A stretch of DNA of 64,000 nt from an uncultured Candidatus Saccharibacteria bacterium (GCA_964585475.1 CAZPDF010000003.1:7983-71982); one strand, 5' to 3'; counted from the first letter of the stretch, positions 38,449 to 48,433 are shown. The notes: generated by a model from the letters alone, not told the origin. A program made the numbers and translations.

Positions 38449-40806
38449 TTACTGTAACCGCTCTCTTAGGTTTTTAATGCGGGCTTCCAGTTTTTTCACC
38501 TCGACCTCTCGTATGTTTTCTGCTTCTCGCTGCCGGTTTTGCTGGTCGAGACTTCCGGCGCGCTCTTCCAGAACCTTAAGCTGGTCTTCTAAATCCCGAA
38601 GCTGTTCCACGCGTTTTCCTATCTCCTGCTCAACGCGTTCCTGAGCTCTTTCCGTTTCGCGCGTTTCTCTTTGTGCGGCCCTTTCCTCTTCTGCTACGAT
38701 CCGCCCCGCTTCTGCCCGTTGCTCCGCCACTTGTTCACGCTGGACGGCTGTGGGCGGGGTGGCGTTTTCGGGAAGCGACAGCCCCATTTCCTGCGCGTAG
38801 TTTGAGGAAAGATAGCGGTAGGTTTCCGGCTTCATGTTAACCACCATCTGCGGTTCGAGCTCGATCCCATTCATGAATGCCTCTCTTAGCGCCGGATTTT
38901 CGCGAGCGATTCGTTTTATGTGCTCGGGATCCAGGTTCGGCACCAATATTCTTATCACGTCCATATTAAGTGCTCCGGTCGTGGGGTCCTTTATGCCCTC
39001 AAGGGACATCTTGGCCCATTCTTCGGGCTTCATTTTACGGGCCGTCTCTCTAATGGCCTCTTCTCTGGTCCGGGTATCAGGGACGAGATCGGGCGTGGCA
39101 AGATCGGGACGCGCCTTCAAAAGGTCTTTTTGCAGACCGAATTGAGTAGCCAGACGAAGGACCTGTGCTTGGTTGCCCCCGAGTTTCGAAAAGTCGCCTC
39201 TTTCTGAAAGAATCTGGGCGATGGCTACTTTATTTTCGGCCAAGGTGCTCTGGTTGAAGTCGGTTACGAGATTTTGGCTTGACCAGTTTTCGCGCCCCTT
39301 TCTTTTTTCGGTAACCCGCTGTTTCTGTGATTCAAGGTATCCGGTAACCTTTCGCGAGGCCGGTGCCGCCATCTTTCCAAGATACGGCGTTTGCGCGAGC
39401 CGCTCCTGCGCCTTGGTTATGGCGGGCGCCGCACGCCTGGCAGCCGCAGCAGCTGCCAAAGAAGCGCCGCCGGTGGCATAACCCAACCCAACAGCGGCGC
39501 CTGTTTTGGCAAGAGCTACGGCCGTATCCCCTATGGCAATGCCCATTTTTCTGCCGATGGTGATGGACGCCCATAAGAACCCGACGAATACAAAGAGGGG
39601 CAACATTAGAAGCAGGTTTCCCGCCAGGGTTGAATTTGTTCCCATGGTGGTGATGGGCCCCCGCGTCATGGCGTCAAGAATTAATAACGAAACATAAAAC
39701 AGCGCGTAGAAGGCCGGCGCAAAGAATGCCCAGCGAAGTAGGGCGTTAAGCCATTTATTCCACCAGCCCATAATGGTTGGGTTGGGTATGGCAAAAGCCA
39801 GAAAGGCAAATGGCGCGAGAATGGCAAGAAACACCATGGCAATGATTCGCGCAAGAAGCGTGGCCCAGGCGGCTATGAATGCGACAATGACCAATAGAAA
39901 AAGGAATATGGTAACTGCCAATGTCCACGACATTTTGAGGAGAATTGCGGTAGAGAGAAACCCTTTTAAAAATGCGTCTGCTGCTTCGGCGGCATACGCA
40001 ACAGCCGAGCTTGCGTTAATACATCCTTGCTGGGCGCCGGGACCCGTGGCGCTAGGATTAATTAACGCTGCCAAGCCGCAGTCAACGCTGGTGCTAGCGG
40101 GCATAGTAGGGACGCCGGTGGACACGTTGCTGGCAAGCTGTAATTTTACGCGCTCGGTAATAAATCCGGAAAGATCTCGAGGCAGAGCTTGGCGAAACGG
40201 AATGGCAATCGCATTGGCAAACCCGAAAACCGCAGAAACCATCGCCAAACTGAAATTTATCAGAAGCGCTACGATGATGATGCGGACAAGAAATTTTCTT
40301 CCACCAAGGTGCTCGATGCTGAAAATAATGGTAAAAGCAATCCAGAGAAGGATAAGAATAAAGAAAGAATTCGCAATGTCCCGCATAATCCCCCAAGCGT
40401 ACTGCACCGCGGGCATATTACTAGGATTTAGCACAACCGCGTAGAAGAAAATGTTATCAAGGATAAAGGCCTGTATGATGAGTATGCTAGATACAATCAG
40501 CTTTACTATAACCAGCATTATAAACCACAAGAGGGCGGGTATGTTGGTTGCCAGCCCGGCTGTTGCGCCAATAATGCCCGATATCCATGCGCCGATCCCG
40601 GTCGTAGGAGGTGTCGGAGCTTGCGCCAAAGCCGCAAAGGGCAACAACAATATTCCGGCAAACAATGCGCGCGCGGCGATCCGTATCAGGGGGGCAGGTT
40701 TTTTAATAGAAAGAAGCGCCATAAAAATTTTATTACGGAAAGACCGCCGTTGTGAGACGGGTAACGAGCGCGTTGGCAATAGCCACAATTGCCTCCGAAA
40801 GCTCAT
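38449..40806 (-). CDS. VirB6/TrbL-like polytopic membrane protein with a C-terminal coiled-coil extension
   Basis: Signal peptide, at least 8 transmembrane helices in the N-terminal ~480 aa, then a hydrophilic ~300 aa coiled-coil tail. Confidence 0.45.
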   Translation of the reverse strand: MSFRRQLWLLPTRSLPVSQRRSFRNKIFMALLSIKKPAPLIRIAARALFAGILLLPFAALAQAPTPPTTGIGAWISGIIGATAGLATNIPALLWFIMLVIVKLIVSSILIIQAFILDNIFFYAVVLNPSNMPAVQYAWGIMRDIANSFFILILLWIAFTIIFSIEHLGGRKFLVRIIIVALLINFSLAMVSAVFGFANAIAIPFRQALPRDLSGFITERVKLQLASNVSTGVPTMPASTSVDCGLAALINPSATGPGAQQGCINASSAVAYAAEAADAFLKGFLSTAILLKMSWTLAVTIFLFLLVIVAFIAAWATLLARIIAMVFLAILAPFAFLAFAIPNPTIMGWWNKWLNALLRWAFFAPAFYALFYVSLLILDAMTRGPITTMGTNSTLAGNLLLMLPLFVFVGFLWASITIGRKMGIAIGDTAVALAKTGAAVGLGYATGGASLAAAAAARRAAPAITKAQERLAQTPYLGKMAAPASRKVTGYLESQKQRVTEKRKGRENWSSQNLVTDFNQSTLAENKVAIAQILSERGDFSKLGGNQAQVLRLATQFGLQKDLLKARPDLATPDLVPDTRTREEAIRETARKMKPEEWAKMSLEGIKDPTTGALNMDVIRILVPNLDPEHIKRIARENPALREAFMNGIELEPQMVVNMKPETYRYLSSNYAQEMGLSLPENATPPTAVQREQVAEQRAEAGRIVAEEERAAQRETRETERAQERVEQEIGKRVEQLRDLEDQLKVLEERAGSLDQQNRQREAENIREVEVKKLEARIKNLRERLQ

Positions 40807-41599
40807 CCGAATTTACGATAAAATCAAAATTGGAGCCGACCGCCTTTCTTAACTCGTCCGTCACTAAACTCCCCGGCGTTTGCACACGCGATTGTGTAGT
40901 GCAGCCAATCGGAGCCCCGGTGTAGCTATCGTATTCGCAGGTCTGATTCTGGGCCTGTACCCCCAAGAATCCTTGGCCGGTAAGGTATTGTTGGTTGATA
41001 GCGTCAGCCCTAGCTGCTTCAGAAAGAATCTTCTCCTCGAAGGCAATCAAATAGGCGGCGTACGGGTCATTTTGGGGACTTAGGTTGTAACTAATAAAGG
41101 CCGGCCAGCCGCCATTTTGGAAGTTTTGGAAATAGGCCTGGACGTTCGCCACAATCGCGGTGACGGTGCAAGTAAGTTTTTGCGATAGACGGCTGCCGCT
41201 ACCCGCAGACCTCCGCAGGCCCCTATTAAGAAAGGACCCCAAATTCCCGCAAAGATTTAGTCCTGCAATTTGGTTTAAAAATTCGCCGCCCCTCTGATCA
41301 ACCTGCCCCCGCAAAAAACCTTCAAAATCCTGCACAAAGTCCCCTCCCCCGCCCTGAATCCAGCCAATAATCTGCTGGGTGAGGAATTGGATCAGGGCCG
41401 AAGTTACAATGCGGAGCAGGAGATCAAAAAAGCCCTCTTTATCGCAGTTAAAATCAAGAATGCTACAATGAATCGGGACGGAGGCCGTGGCTTCGCGCGG
41501 AAGTACAAGGAGGGCGGCGGACGGCGCGAGCAAAACAAAAACAAGAGCCGGAACAACGAGGCAGTGGAGGAGCTTATTTTTAGAAAAGAAAGAGATCAT
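40733..41599 (-). CDS. secreted hypothetical protein
   Basis: Signal peptide (LLHCLVVPALVFVLLAPSAALL). Cys- and Gln-rich. Confidence 0.4.
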   Translation of the reverse strand: MISFFSKNKLLHCLVVPALVFVLLAPSAALLVLPREATASVPIHCSILDFNCDKEGFFDLLLRIVTSALIQFLTQQIIGWIQGGGGDFVQDFEGFLRGQVDQRGGEFLNQIAGLNLCGNLGSFLNRGLRRSAGSGSRLSQKLTCTVTAIVANVQAYFQNFQNGGWPAFISYNLSPQNDPYAAYLIAFEEKILSEAARADAINQQYLTGQGFLGVQAQNQTCEYDSYTGAPIGCTTQSRVQTPGSLVTDELRKAVGSNFDFIVNSDELSEAIVAIANALVTRLTTAVFP

Positions 41600-41645
41600 T
41601 CCTCATTTTAAATTTTACGAACTGGTAGCGAGTAACCTCATAAAT

Positions 41646-41789
41646 GTCATTCTGAGCGCAGCCGAGCGAAGCGAGTCCTGAGCGATAGCGAAGGAGCCCA
41701 TACGAGAGACCCCTCACTGCGTTCAGGGTGACACTCCATGTCAGATTCTTCACTTCGTTCAGAATGACGATCGAAGGGTTCAGGACGAC
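41646..41789. repeat. GTCATCCTGAGCG-family palindromic element, composite copy D
   Basis: GTCATTCTGAGCGCAGCCGAGCGAAGCGAGTCCTGAGCGATAGCGAAGGA ... CTTCACTTCGTTCAGAATGAC ... GGTTCAGGACGAC. Confidence 0.6.
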
Positions 41790-41820
41790 AACGTGTAAAA
41801 ACGTTTACTCACCACCAGTT

Positions 41821-42945
41821 CTACAATTGAGGATAAAGCAGGGGGGCTTTGTCGCCCGGAAGGAAAACTATATTTTTTTCCCGGAGCCACTGCGGTATTT
41901 CGTTTCTGTGAAAAGCAGTTACTTCTTTTTTTAGTTCCGTACGCAAACTGACCAGAAGGAGAATAAGCAGGGGGTCATCCAGCGACACGTCTTTTAATAA
42001 AGAAAGTTGCTCCACCGTTTTTCTCATGAACCAAATTTCTTTTTTGTGGAAGACGAGAACCACCTGCGGCGCGGGAAGCAGAAGAAGTTCTTTACCGATA
42101 CCCCCGGCCGCCGTAAAAAGGAGACCGATTTTCTCAAGCAGGGCGCTGTCTTTGGTTTGCAGAGCCCGGGTCATTATTTCCGTATCGTCCATGTCGCCCT
42201 TGAGAGGTGCCAAGTTCTTCTCATAAATTGCGGCCACTGAATTGAAATACGTTTTTACGGCACTGTTGCTTGAGTCGCTGGAGACGCGGACCTCGCTGTC
42301 GCTTACGGCATCAGCGGAAAATTTTATTGAAGCGCCCTTTTTGAACTCTTCAATATAAGCCAGGAATTCGGAAGACACTCTTTCGGCTCCGTCTTTTTGC
42401 AAAAACGACTGGACTCCTTCTTTTTGGGCGACTTGTCCGAAGAGGATCTGGGTAAGATTCCCTCCGGCAACAACCTCGCGGAGAAGATCAAGTGAACCGC
42501 CCTGCCCCAGAAACACCATACTCGCATCCGCCGTATCTTCGGGGCCCGGTTTCTTAGGATTTCGCTTTTGGGCGATCTCATCGCCATCCTTCGTGCCGTC
42601 GCCATCGGTGTCGGGTTTATTTGGATCCGTGCCGTAGACCGTTTCTTCCCAGTCCTTTAGCCCATCGTTGTCGCTGTCCAGGAGCGCTGGGGATGCGGAT
42701 TTCCCTCCAGAGATAGCTGTTACACGGGTTTCGATAAAATCGTCCTCACCCGGAGTAAGCCAGAAAGATATCTTGAGTCCAGCCAATAAGATGATAACCC
42801 CAAAAACCACAAGGAACATACTTGCTTTCCACCGTGATTTTGGCAAAATGGGAATAGAGGATAATCTCATGCATCTAGTGTGGATTATACCATGATATCT
42901 TGTGTCCGGCCTGTGGATAACTCTGGGACCCAAGATGGATGCCAC
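41821..42945 (-). CDS. membrane-anchored protein with calcium-binding-like Asp-rich repeats
   Basis: Transmembrane helix followed by DSDNDGLKDWEE...DPNKPDTDGDGTKDGDE (thrombospondin type 3-like D-x-D-x-D-G motifs). Confidence 0.4.
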   Translation of the reverse strand: MASILGPRVIHRPDTRYHGIIHTRCMRLSSIPILPKSRWKASMFLVVFGVIILLAGLKISFWLTPGEDDFIETRVTAISGGKSASPALLDSDNDGLKDWEETVYGTDPNKPDTDGDGTKDGDEIAQKRNPKKPGPEDTADASMVFLGQGGSLDLLREVVAGGNLTQILFGQVAQKEGVQSFLQKDGAERVSSEFLAYIEEFKKGASIKFSADAVSDSEVRVSSDSSNSAVKTYFNSVAAIYEKNLAPLKGDMDDTEIMTRALQTKDSALLEKIGLLFTAAGGIGKELLLLPAPQVVLVFHKKEIWFMRKTVEQLSLLKDVSLDDPLLILLLVSLRTELKKEVTAFHRNEIPQWLREKNIVFLPGDKAPLLYPQL

Positions 42946-44072
42946 CAGCCAATCTTTTTATGACAATTTCGCGAAGAAATTTATATATACTCGGCGGCGC
43001 CGTTCTTTTGGCGGTCTTTGTGGCCCTCTTTTTACTGCCAAGGCCTTCCGGAGAAAAAGAAGCAGGCCAAGACGGTACACTTACTAAAGAAGGGCTTATT
43101 TCGTCTACCCCCCGCACCGTGGTGGGCCGTCCGGAGACCGGGCCTCCGGACACTCTTAACCTTCCCCCTCCCCCCCCAATTGAGAGGTTAGCACCGCCCT
43201 CCCCGTCGGTTAACGAACTTATCGGGGAGATTAGCGAGAGGGTCTTGGAACAAGCCCCGAATATTCCGCCATCACTCCTGTCACTTTTTGAGAATCTAAA
43301 ACGGGCCCTTCCCCAGCCAGCGGCCCCGACTGTCCAGCTTTCGGAAGAAGAAATATTTCAAAAGATTTGGCCCGCGAACGTTAGGGATACGCTAAAAGAT
43401 CTTGGGAACCTCGTAATTAAAGACGGGGTAATAGTAAAAGAGATTCCAACCTCTGGCGGGGAAAGTGGCGCGGGCGTCAAGGGGATTCCTATTCAAAATT
43501 GGTCTATGTCCGAAGGCGGCACGAATGAATTTAAAACCGACGTAGACATGTATAGATCTCTTGGCGCGCTTTTAGACGAGTCCCTTAAGCAGGGATGGAT
43601 TAAAGACCAGGAATATAAAAATCTCAAGAAGGGTCTTACCCAAGACCTACCCCTTATAGTCGAAAAACAAAAAGAGGCCCTGCGTAAGTGGGGGCGATTT
43701 GGTGGATCAGCCAGCGGGTCCGACCTTAGCATGGTCCCCGCAGATCCAAAAAAACTTATTGGTGATCTCTTTTCGTTTCTTTCCAATTTGCTGCCTATTG
43801 CACCAGAGGCCAAGGCCTTTTGGTATACTTTCCCTGATTGCTACAAAGACGATATTCCGGTTTACCCCGTACCCGGCTTCAGCTTGTGGGACCCATTTTG
43901 TAACAGCGGCTTTTATTGTGCTTATGGGTGTACATTTGTATATGACTGTGGTTATCAAGGCGTATACTGCAATGTTCCTATCGGTTGCCTTAACCTAATT
44001 TGCCGGGCGTGGCCCAATGCCATATGGGATGCTGTCTGGTATCCGGGTACGGGGATTTGCGGCTGCGGCTAG
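42939..44072 (+). CDS. membrane-anchored protein with a C-terminal Cys/Tyr/Trp/Gly-rich domain
   Basis: N-terminal transmembrane helix, a Pro-rich linker, and a ~70 aa C-terminus carrying 12 Cys. Confidence 0.4.
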   Translation: MPPANLFMTISRRNLYILGGAVLLAVFVALFLLPRPSGEKEAGQDGTLTKEGLISSTPRTVVGRPETGPPDTLNLPPPPPIERLAPPSPSVNELIGEISERVLEQAPNIPPSLLSLFENLKRALPQPAAPTVQLSEEEIFQKIWPANVRDTLKDLGNLVIKDGVIVKEIPTSGGESGAGVKGIPIQNWSMSEGGTNEFKTDVDMYRSLGALLDESLKQGWIKDQEYKNLKKGLTQDLPLIVEKQKEALRKWGRFGGSASGSDLSMVPADPKKLIGDLFSFLSNLLPIAPEAKAFWYTFPDCYKDDIPVYPVPGFSLWDPFCNSGFYCAYGCTFVYDCGYQGVYCNVPIGCLNLICRAWPNAIWDAVWYPGTGICGCG

Positions 44073-44075
44073 CTA

Positions 44076-44150
44076 AAAACCACAAATATGCACACGAATT
44101 TAGCACGAATAACACAAATATAATTATGTTTCATTCGTGCGATTGGTGGG
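44076..44150. repeat. CACGAAT/ATTCGTG-rich intergenic element, copy 3
   Basis: CACGAAT x2 and ATTCGTG within an AT-rich palindromic context. Confidence 0.4.
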
Positions 44151-45005
44151 TGATTTGTGCATCAATTGGTGGGCTAGCTTTACCCATCCTTCAAGCGAGA
44201 GCTCTTGCGGGCGGGCCGTATCTTTCAGGCCGGCTTTTTTTATTGCCTCGAGCATGTGGTTTTTATCTAAGAGTTGAGTGAGAGAACGCGCCAGCGTTTT
44301 TCTTTTCTGCGAAAAAGCCCGACGAAGAATCTCAAAGAAACGTGCCTTATCTATGCTATTTTCTTCAAAAAATCGTCCCGAAATATCGGCGATTTTTATT
44401 ATCGCAGACTCCACTTTCGGCTGTGGCGAAAAACAGGAAGCCGGGACGGTTTTTATAACTTCCGGTTTCCCAAAGGCCTGAACCGAGAGCGCAAGAAGGT
44501 TCATTTGGGGGGGGCGAGCGCACATTCTTTCGGCGACTTCTTTTTGTATCGTTAATACGATTTGATTTGGTCTCGGACCGTTTTCGAGGAGCAACCGGAT
44601 TAGTCGAGAGGTAAGGTAATAAGGAATGTTGGCCACGACTTTGTAATCTGTGCTGCTATTAACGCCATCCTGAGCGCGAGCGAAGGACCTATGAGGTTCT
44701 TCAGTCCGGCTTCTGCCGGACTTCAGAACGACGTTTTTATGAATACGAAGAACGTCTCCGGGGATCACGGCGACATTATTAATCCCCTCTTTACGGAGGG
44801 AATTTTCTAATTCTTCGGCCATTCTTTCGTCTTTTTCCACCGCAATCACTTTCCCGGCGTGCTTCGCCAGCTCTCGCGTCAAGACCCCGGTTCCCGGACC
44901 GACCTCCAGAACCGTATCGTCCGAGTTTATATCTGCGGCTTTGATAAGAGTAGAAATTACCCACCGGCAGCGTAGAAAATGTTGACCTAGTCGGGCGCGC
45001 ACCAT
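44124..45005 (-). CDS. rsmA: 16S rRNA (adenine1518/1519-N6)-dimethyltransferase RsmA/KsgA with an in-frame repeat insertion
   Basis: LGQHFL, VLEVGPGTG (SAM-binding) and VVANIPYY motifs. A 23-aa insert VLKSGRSRTEEPHRSFARAQDGV is encoded by the palindromic element at 44664-44732. Confidence 0.85.
   Translation of the reverse strand: MVRARLGQHFLRCRWVISTLIKAADINSDDTVLEVGPGTGVLTRELAKHAGKVIAVEKDERMAEELENSLRKEGINNVAVIPGDVLRIHKNVVLKSGRSRTEEPHRSFARAQDGVNSSTDYKVVANIPYYLTSRLIRLLLENGPRPNQIVLTIQKEVAERMCARPPQMNLLALSVQAFGKPEVIKTVPASCFSPQPKVESAIIKIADISGRFFEENSIDKARFFEILRRAFSQKRKTLARSLTQLLDKNHMLEAIKKAGLKDTARPQELSLEGWVKLAHQLMHKSPTNRTNET
44664..44732. repeat. GTCATCCTGAGCG-family palindromic element, copy E, in-frame inside rsmA
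   Basis: CCATCCTGAGCGCGAGCGAAGGACC ... GGACTTCAGAACGAC. Confidence 0.65.
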
Positions 45006-45042
45006 AAAGCTCCAAACTACAACTGATCGATAATTCAAAATT

Positions 45043-47034
45043 TTACAACTCGACGTCTTCCATCTCCTCGTTTATCTCGATAAGGTGTTCCGGTATCTCC
45101 GAGATAAACCTAGAGGGCGGATTAACCTGAATTGAGCCAAAATGGGTGCGCCGGAGCGCAAAAGTAAGGAAAACTTTGGCCCGCGCCCGGGTAAGCCCCA
45201 CGTAGCAGAGACGCCTCTCCTCTTCAAGTTCTGCCGGATTGAAAAGAGAACGGGAATGCGGAAATACCCCCTCTTCCATCCCGACCATGAAGACAATGGG
45301 AAATTCGAGTCCTTTGGCCGCATGAAGGGTCATTAAGTTTATGACCGGTTTTCCGGTTTCTATTTGGTCCGCCTCGGTCATAAGCGAGACGTCCTCGAGC
45401 ATGGACTCAACCCCCCCCGGAGGCTCGGCGGCGTCATATTTTTTGGCAAGGGTTACGAGCTCTTTTACGTTATCCCAGCGTTCCTCGGCATTCGGTGAGC
45501 TGTCCTCGAGATAGTCCTGGTACCGAATTATTTTTATCAAGCCCCTTAAGAAGTCCACCGCATGCTTTTTTGAAAGCCCCTCTTTTAATTTTTCCACAAG
45601 CCCATCGAACTCTTTAATTTTTTCCCTCTCGCGCTCGCGAAGCGAGCCGAGTTCTCCGGTGGCCCTGGCAAGCAGCGCGCGCGCCCCAATTCCGCGGGGA
45701 GGAACGCTTAAGACGCGCTTTAGACTTTCGAGATCCGCCGGATTCAAGAGATAGCGGAGGTAAGCGAGAATGTCTTTTATTTCCTTCCGCTGATAAAATC
45801 TTACCCCGCCGATAATTTTATAAGGTATATTTTCATCAAGAAGCGCCTCTTCCAGCGCCCGCGATTGGGCGTTTGTCCGATAGAGTACCACCATGTCCGT
45901 TAGTTCGTAGCCGCGCTCGCTAAGATCCTTTATTTTATTAACCACGAGCCCTGCTTCGGCTTTTTCATCTTCGGCTACGCAAAGTTCCAGCTTTTCTCCT
46001 GGCTCGTTCTCGGTCCAGAGTGCCTTATCCCTTTTAAGGGTGTTTTTAGAGATAAGGCCGCGCGCCGCATCAAGGATTATCTGGCTTGAGCGGTAGTTTT
46101 GATCAAGAATAACGACCTTGGCTTCCGGCCAGTCCTTCTCGAAAGCAAGAATGTTTCTGAAATCCGCCCCGCGCCAAGCGTATATTGCCTGTGCGTCGTC
46201 TCCCACCACGGCAATGTTTCTATATTTTTTAGCGAGTTCCGATATGAAAATATATTGGGCGTGGTTCGTATCCTGCCATTCGTCCACGTTTATATAGCGA
46301 AAACGGTCTTGGTACTGTTCCAAAACATCCGGATGCAGTTCAAAAAGTAGACACACATTTCCGATAAGATCGTCAAAGTCCATCGCGTTTGATTCGCATA
46401 GGCGTTTCTGGTAGGCGGCATATGCTTTATGGATCGTTTTGGGAAATAGGTCTTCGAGTCCGGCTGATTCTCTATATCGTTCCGGTGTCAATAGTTCGCC
46501 CTTGAGCCGTGAAATAGTTGCCGAGATCGCTCCGGCCGAAAACTGTTTAGGATTGATTTCCTGTTCTTTCATAACCTCTTTGATCAGCGAAAGCGAGTCA
46601 TCAGCGTCCATAATGGTGAAATTTCGCAGATACCCAAGTTTTGAGGCATGCGAGCGGAGAATACGTACCGCCAGCGCATGGAAGGTGCCGATGAGCGGAA
46701 TTGATATCCCGCTCAAGAACCCAGAACTTAGCATATTAGAACTTAGCTCTCTTCCCGGAATCTTAGTTTCAAGTTCTAAGTTCTTAGTTCTTAGTTCTAG
46801 GTTCTCGGCGAGGAGGGATTTTATCCGAGCCGCCATTTCACCCGCTGCCTTGTTGGTGAATGTGACTGCCAGAATCGCCTCCGGTCTGACCCCATTATTT
46901 AGAAGATGGGCCACCCTATGGGCAAGAACCCTTGTCTTGCCACTACCCGGGCCTGCTAAGATTAAAACTGGCCCCCCTGTTGCAAGGACCGCTTCCTGCT
47001 GCTTGGGGTTAAGATTTTTGACGAAATCAGCCAT
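45043..47034 (-). CDS. pcrA: UvrD/PcrA-family ATP-dependent DNA helicase
   Basis: Walker A AGPGSGKT and SF1 helicase motifs. An internal NLELRTKNLELETK tract is encoded by AGTTCTT heptamer repeats at 46738-46800. Confidence 0.9.
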   Translation of the reverse strand: MADFVKNLNPKQQEAVLATGGPVLILAGPGSGKTRVLAHRVAHLLNNGVRPEAILAVTFTNKAAGEMAARIKSLLAENLELRTKNLELETKIPGRELSSNMLSSGFLSGISIPLIGTFHALAVRILRSHASKLGYLRNFTIMDADDSLSLIKEVMKEQEINPKQFSAGAISATISRLKGELLTPERYRESAGLEDLFPKTIHKAYAAYQKRLCESNAMDFDDLIGNVCLLFELHPDVLEQYQDRFRYINVDEWQDTNHAQYIFISELAKKYRNIAVVGDDAQAIYAWRGADFRNILAFEKDWPEAKVVILDQNYRSSQIILDAARGLISKNTLKRDKALWTENEPGEKLELCVAEDEKAEAGLVVNKIKDLSERGYELTDMVVLYRTNAQSRALEEALLDENIPYKIIGGVRFYQRKEIKDILAYLRYLLNPADLESLKRVLSVPPRGIGARALLARATGELGSLREREREKIKEFDGLVEKLKEGLSKKHAVDFLRGLIKIIRYQDYLEDSSPNAEERWDNVKELVTLAKKYDAAEPPGGVESMLEDVSLMTEADQIETGKPVINLMTLHAAKGLEFPIVFMVGMEEGVFPHSRSLFNPAELEEERRLCYVGLTRARAKVFLTFALRRTHFGSIQVNPPSRFISEIPEHLIEINEEMEDVEL

Positions 47035-47099
47035 AAAACCAGAATAGCATGTTTTGGGGCCCGCCCCGTTAGAAGCAAGACGCCAGAGGCGTCTGCCAA

Positions 47100-47185
47100 T
47101 CCCGCTTTCGGCGGGACTGGGCTTCTAACGGGGTGTGGATAGCCCGGCTTGACTAGGGGGGTTTTCGGAGGTAGGGTGGAGGCGA
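47100..47185. other. compact structured element bounded by CCCCGTTAGAAGC / GCTTCTAACGGGG inverted repeats
   Basis: A 13-bp perfect outer stem encloses two hairpins (AGACGCC-aga-GGCGTCT and TCCCGC-tttcg-GCGGGA). A second nested palindrome follows at 47225-47270: CCCTAAG...CCGGGATCCCGG...CTTAGGG. Confidence 0.4.
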
Positions 47186-47368
47186 GGCGATACACGCTGT
47201 TTTTGTTTGTCCCTAAGCGCTTTGCGCCGGGATCCCGGTCGCTTTGCGACTTAGGGAGAATTTGGTGTAAAGATAGGCCGAAATTGGAGTATGGGTCGCA
47301 TATTTAAGTCATTTCTGCCCTAGTCGGGTCTTAATTCTATTCGCACTCAACCAGACATTAAATCGCCG

Positions 47369-48433
47369 ATGCCAGGCGAATCTCCAAAAAATGTCATATC
47401 TTGGTCACTTTTCACGAGTGGCTGGCTTGTTTTAGGATGCATCGCAGTGTTTGTCGGCGCCTTTTTTGTACTGCCGTACTCGGCGAATGCAGGGCTCCTA
47501 TCCAATATCTTCCGTTTCTTGACTGGCGGAGAGGAGAAAATCGTAAATGATACATCTGCGGCATATATCTCTTTCCCTCTCCTGGGAAGTCAAGTTCCCA
47601 ACCTTGTCCCTCCTGGAGTCGGCGGACCGGTTGAGGGCCAAGATTCCTCGCTGCCGGTTATTCAGGACGGAGCGCTGGTCGCCACCCGGAATCCGCTTGG
47701 AATCTTGGCCGGCTCCGGACAGGACCAGATCCTTATTTATACAGTTCAGGAGGGAGACAATCCAAGTTCAATTGCCGCAAATTTCGGAATTTCTTTAAAT
47801 ACGCTTCTTTGGGCAAACAACATCCGGAACCCGAATTTAATTAAAGCCGGGGACGAGCTCGTAATATTGCCCATATCCGGCGTTAAGTATGAAATCAAGG
47901 CTGGTGATACTCTGGAATCAATAGCCAAGAAGTTCCGGGCTGACCCCGGAGAAATAATGAGTTTTAACGGCCTTGCTATAGGGGAAGTGCTTGTAGTTGC
48001 CAGCGTAATTATAATTCCTGATGGAGAGATTGCCCTGCCGGCCACTGCCGAGCCGCAGCGAACGAGCGTCGCCGGGCTCCCGGAGTTTCGCGGATATTAC
48101 ATGCGGCCCATAATTGGCGGCCGAAGATCGCGCGGCATTCATGGGTATAACGGCGTGGACCTTGCTAGTTCCTGCGGTCTGCCGGTGCTCGCTTCCGCCG
48201 AAGGAACGGTAATTCTTGTCCGCAGCTCCGGATGGAACGGCGGTTATGGAAAATATCTTGTTATAACGCATCCTAATGGCACCCAGACTCTTTATGCGCA
48301 TGTAAGCTCGATCTTGGCACGCGTTGGTCAATCCCTGGCCCAGGGGTCACAGGTTGCCATGATCGGATCTACCGGAAACTCCACCGGTTGCCACTTGCAC
48401 TTTGAGGTGCGAGGGGCTAAAAATCCCTTCTAG
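47369..48433 (+). CDS. LysM-domain M23 family metallopeptidase
   Basis: Two LysM repeats (YTVQEGDNPSSIA..., YEIKAGDTLESIA...). M23 catalytic motifs HGYNGVD and GSTGNSTGCHLHFE. Confidence 0.85.
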   Translation: MPGESPKNVISWSLFTSGWLVLGCIAVFVGAFFVLPYSANAGLLSNIFRFLTGGEEKIVNDTSAAYISFPLLGSQVPNLVPPGVGGPVEGQDSSLPVIQDGALVATRNPLGILAGSGQDQILIYTVQEGDNPSSIAANFGISLNTLLWANNIRNPNLIKAGDELVILPISGVKYEIKAGDTLESIAKKFRADPGEIMSFNGLAIGEVLVVASVIIIPDGEIALPATAEPQRTSVAGLPEFRGYYMRPIIGGRRSRGIHGYNGVDLASSCGLPVLASAEGTVILVRSSGWNGGYGKYLVITHPNGTQTLYAHVSSILARVGQSLAQGSQVAMIGSTGNSTGCHLHFEVRGAKNPF

